A stretch of 64,000 nt of DNA from NCBI GenBank assembly GCA_028534125.1, contig CM052832.1, positions 33,976,001 to 34,040,000 on the forward strand, written 5' to 3'. The DNA comes from Lama glama. Taxonomy: Eukaryota. This document shows, piece after piece, positions 60,535 to 64,000 of this stretch. The notes under the pieces were generated by a model, which searched no databases, was not told the DNA's origin, and saw only the letters and a program-made list of their open reading frames with translations. Made by a program: the position numbers and the translations under genes. Within the stretch, counting starts at the first letter, position 1. Every line of letters begins with the position of its first letter.

Positions 60535-63500
60535 CCCTGCCTGGGAGGCTCCGAGGCAAATGGCTGGGCTTCCGGAGAGAGAAGGGCCCGGGAGGACTCC
60601 TGGCTCCCAGCAGGCGGGCTGTTGAGCTCCCGGAGCTGTTTCCAGGGGATGTAAGCTCGGAAGAGAGTTCTTGAGAACGGGGGAGGACGAGGATCCGGAA
60701 GTGTGCCCGCCACAGCCAGCGCCGGTGCGGCCCTGCAGCTTGCGGGCGAGGTCGTTAGGCAGCCCGGGGTCAACTTGTAGACACACTCAGTGCTTTATCT
60801 GCCGGTAAAAATTAAAGGTAGGGTCTGCATTTTGTACTTCTTTGTTGCAAGTTGAGTTGTTCCTCGTTTTCGTTTACGGATGCCAAGTGGTCCCTTGCGG
60901 CTCAATAACTTTCAAAGCCAGGAGCTCACGGTTTTAACTCCTTCCTGGCTGCAGGGGAGCGCGGCCGCGGCGCGGGTGGAGCTCTGGCGCCATCGCGCGG
61001 TGCGAGCGGAGAGTGCAGTTTCCGCCGGCTGGTTGGCCAGTCGGGGTTTAAGGCTAAAGATTTGCGGGTCAAGGGCCTTCCTACCGGATTCGGATTCGGA
61101 GGGGCAGTAGGCGGGGCGTCTCTGCCCCTGGGCTCCTGCACTGGCTCCAGCTTGTTAGGGAGAAGGAGCAGCTGAGTTTCAGGTCACCGTGGGGTCTGGT
61201 TTGGTGGGTCTGTGTCCGGAGGGTGGACAAGAGCTGGAATCAGTGACCTGGGAGCCCAGGTTTCCACTTGGCCCCCCCCCTCCAAATCCAAAAGCACCCA
61301 GCAGAGGCGGGAAAGGCCGGGAGGGTTCAGAGCGTGTGCTGGGTCACACAGCTCTGTCCCCTGCAGCTCTGCTCACAATTTCCTAACCTGGTTTTGAAAA
61401 CACTGCAGCCCCTCCTTAAAGCAGCCCCCCAAACCAAGCTGTCCCCGTGTTTTGTGGGGGCAGGGGTGCGGGGCGGGGAGAGCAGGCACCCTGCCAGTAG
61501 CCCAGGCAGCTGGCGCTGGAGACAGGCTGTGCGGAGGGCAGGTGCCGCTCCGTGCCCAGGCCCCTGCTGCCGAGTCTTCTGAGCCCAGGCCCTGGACACC
61601 TGACCCCGAGAGCATCTGAAGGGCGCTGTTGTGGTGCTGTCTTTCGGAGTTCAGGTCGGGGCTGGGGCGCAGGGCCCCTTGGAGGAAGCAGGCGCACCAG
61701 TGGATGAGCCAGTGGGGCCCTTCCCCCTGGCCCGGCACCGCGCCAGCCTGGGAAGGAGCTGATGGGCACTCACTGGGGGTCCCCCCAGCCCAGCGACTGG
61801 CATCCTCTTGCCATCCGGGCAGCTGTGGGATTGGATGTGGCTCCTAAACTCCCAGCCCTCGGAAGAACCTCACCTGTGGCTCACATGAAGGACCACGGAT
61901 GGCCAGATTAGTGAATTTAAATAATGAACTGAACGTAATTATTAACATAGGGTAAGAATCCTTGGTATTGATGTATTAGTATGAGTAATGAGTTTGAATG
62001 ACGCAGGGTGTTCGTAACCGTCTGGAACGATTCCTGCGACTGTGAGCTCACCCGCACCTCTGCGACGTCAATTCTGTCTTTCCGGACGCCGGTCCACGCG
62101 GCAGCACGCTCAGTGATGCTTCTCTAGCATCAACTCATTGTCCTGCTGGGCTGGTCCTTCCTTCTCTCCTCGCTCTGCCAGGGGGCTGTCTGCCCGGAGG
62201 GGCGGCTGGTGAGCAGGTGCCCGCGGGGGCAGCCGGGGTGGTGGTGGAGAGAAGGGTGGGGCGTCTTCTATGAGAAGGCGAGACTCCCATCATGGGTGCT
62301 CAGGGCACTTGTTTTGAATTGTCACTTCTCAGCCCCAGAGCTTGCCTCAGTACTGGAGGCAGGGAGGATGCGGCACCCTGGCGGGGAAAGCCGTGTAGGT
62401 TAGGACCACTCAGGATGCGTCTGGCCGGGTCGTGGGCCCTCGCAGGCCAGCTGACCCCCTGCCCCCTCCCCTCATGGCCCCGATGCCCCGGCTGATTCCC
62501 AGGTTGGTGGGGGGCGCCTGAGGGGAGTTTGTGGGGAGGAGGCCGTGGGGCGAGGCTGCATGGCGGCAGGTGGAGACACTCCTGGGTGTTGTGAGCGGGG
62601 TGGACCGGTTCTGGCACGTCTGCTGCCGGGGGGATGCGGCCCCCTCCCGGCAGACTCTCCCGCCCAGGCGTGGCCTGAGTGGAGCTGTGTGAAGAGTCTT
62701 TCTGAGCCGGGGAAGGTGTGTGATTTGTTCTGGAAGAACACAGAGCTCATTGTTTCCCCTCGGCTGCGGCGTCCCCTCGGCCGCGGCGTCCCCTCCGCTC
62801 GGTCCGCCACCGAGACGCCCGTTGCCAGCTCCCACTTCCCGGCCTCAGGTGGTACTCCTGACAACCAGAGAGGAAAGAGCGCCTTCTCTCTTTCCTGGGA
62901 TTTTCAAAAAGGGCTTTTGTTGAGGACTAGCCCTCGACAAGGTTCCCTGGCCTGTTGAAGCGGACAGAACTCATGATACAACCTGCAGGCGCACTTCTCA
63001 CATTCAAAGCGCCTTAAATGCAGGCCCCTGGCTGGGCAGGGCCGTCCTGTTGGGCTGACAGGCTTGTGACTTGCTGCGGATGCGCGGGGCCAGCCCGGCC
63101 GGTGTCTTCCCGGTGAGAGTGCCGAGCACACTCTCCTCGTGGACTCGTTGGGTGTTCAGGAGCCAGCTAAGCGCTGCGAGGAAGCCAGCGGCTGGTTAGC
63201 CGGCGCTGGCCAGCGGTTTTTCTTGGCCAGCCGTGTTTTGTGCCTTCATCTGGCATTTTGCTTTTTTTTTTTTTAGATAGCAAAACAAAAATATCTAAAA
63301 GATCCGATCACACACGCACACCTGGGCTGTCCTGTGAAAGCCACTCACACGCTGTGGCCCTCGGCTGCCGCGCGGGTTCTGGGTGCAGTAAAGCGAAGGC
63401 CAGTCAGGTCACGCTGCTGCCCTCCCTAGCACGCCCGCCACCCCCCAGGAACCTGCCTCTGTCAAAACCCCACCGGAAGAAAGGAGACCCTCCGGTGCCC

Positions 63501-64000
63501 CCGTACCTGCTTCCTCCCCAGAGGAAAGTCTTCATTTTCTTTGTTCTGTTCCCCCTCGGCCCCTCGACAAGTGGCTGGGGGTCACCTGCCTGGGGCAGGG
63601 CTCAGAGGCTGGCTCCCGGGACAGAGATGACGGGGTCTGGCGCCCTTTGGTTTGGTGATGAGACCGGGCGGGTTGCCACCTGTGCAGGTCCCTCAGGTGT
63701 ATTCCTGGGGTGAGGGCAGCCTCGTCAAGTTTCCAGAAAACTCACCCAGTCATCCTGTGGCTGAAGACCCCACGGAGACGGGTTCTGGGCACATTTTCCT
63801 CCAGCTCGCTGTGCGTGTGACAAACCAGGCAGGACCCCCCGAAGCGCTCCGCTCCTCCCAGCCACGTGACCATGCTCTCCGGATCGCCCAAGGGCCTTTT
63901 CATCAGTTCAAAGGAAAAATGTGCTATTTCAGACTCCGAACACATCTCTTTATAGCCGTAGAGTTATCACGTCACGGACAAAGCATGCTGCACCTGGGGG

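Noticed and set aside
61030-61130. Possible MER5A-like DNA transposon remnants (also near 5820 and 9790) and an L2-like stretch near 59780
   Set aside because: Similarity too weak to support by eye.
1-64000. tRNA, rRNA, snRNA or miRNA genes; CRISPR arrays; prokaryotic systems
   Set aside because: None recognised; the sequence is clearly a mammalian locus, and GC-rich hairpins cannot be called as miRNAs without expression data.

Overview
Eutherian mammalian genomic DNA, GC- and CpG-rich. No Alu, B1/B2 or other young lineage-specific SINE was recognised, so it is probably non-primate and non-rodent; the species cannot be fixed. This is the GMDS/FOXC1 tail-to-tail locus of the FOXQ1-FOXF2-FOXC1-GMDS block. 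Positions 1-35873 are the distal part of a very large GMDS intron containing old L1/MIR remnants and several AT-rich, motif-dense candidate enhancers. The last two GMDS coding exons (35874-35942, 36102-36164) and an ATTAAA signal follow on +. The single-exon FOXC1 gene lies on - (poly(A) signal 45169-45174, stop 46919). Its N-terminus and forkhead domain are hidden in an N gap, with the ATG inferred at about 48532. Several CpG islands flank FOXC1, including the position of human FOXCUT. Nearly all ORFs in the supplied track are GC-rich noise. I found no convincing new biological system. The best leads are: (i) strong, patchy A/T-to-G/C rewriting of old L1 copies, coinciding with a 494-codon stop-free antisense frame; (ii) an in-frame, stop-free 159-nt final GMDS intron; (iii) candidate FOXC1 enhancers inside GMDS; (iv) contracted FOXC1 homopolymer tracts; (v) signs that the assembly is a reference-guided consensus.
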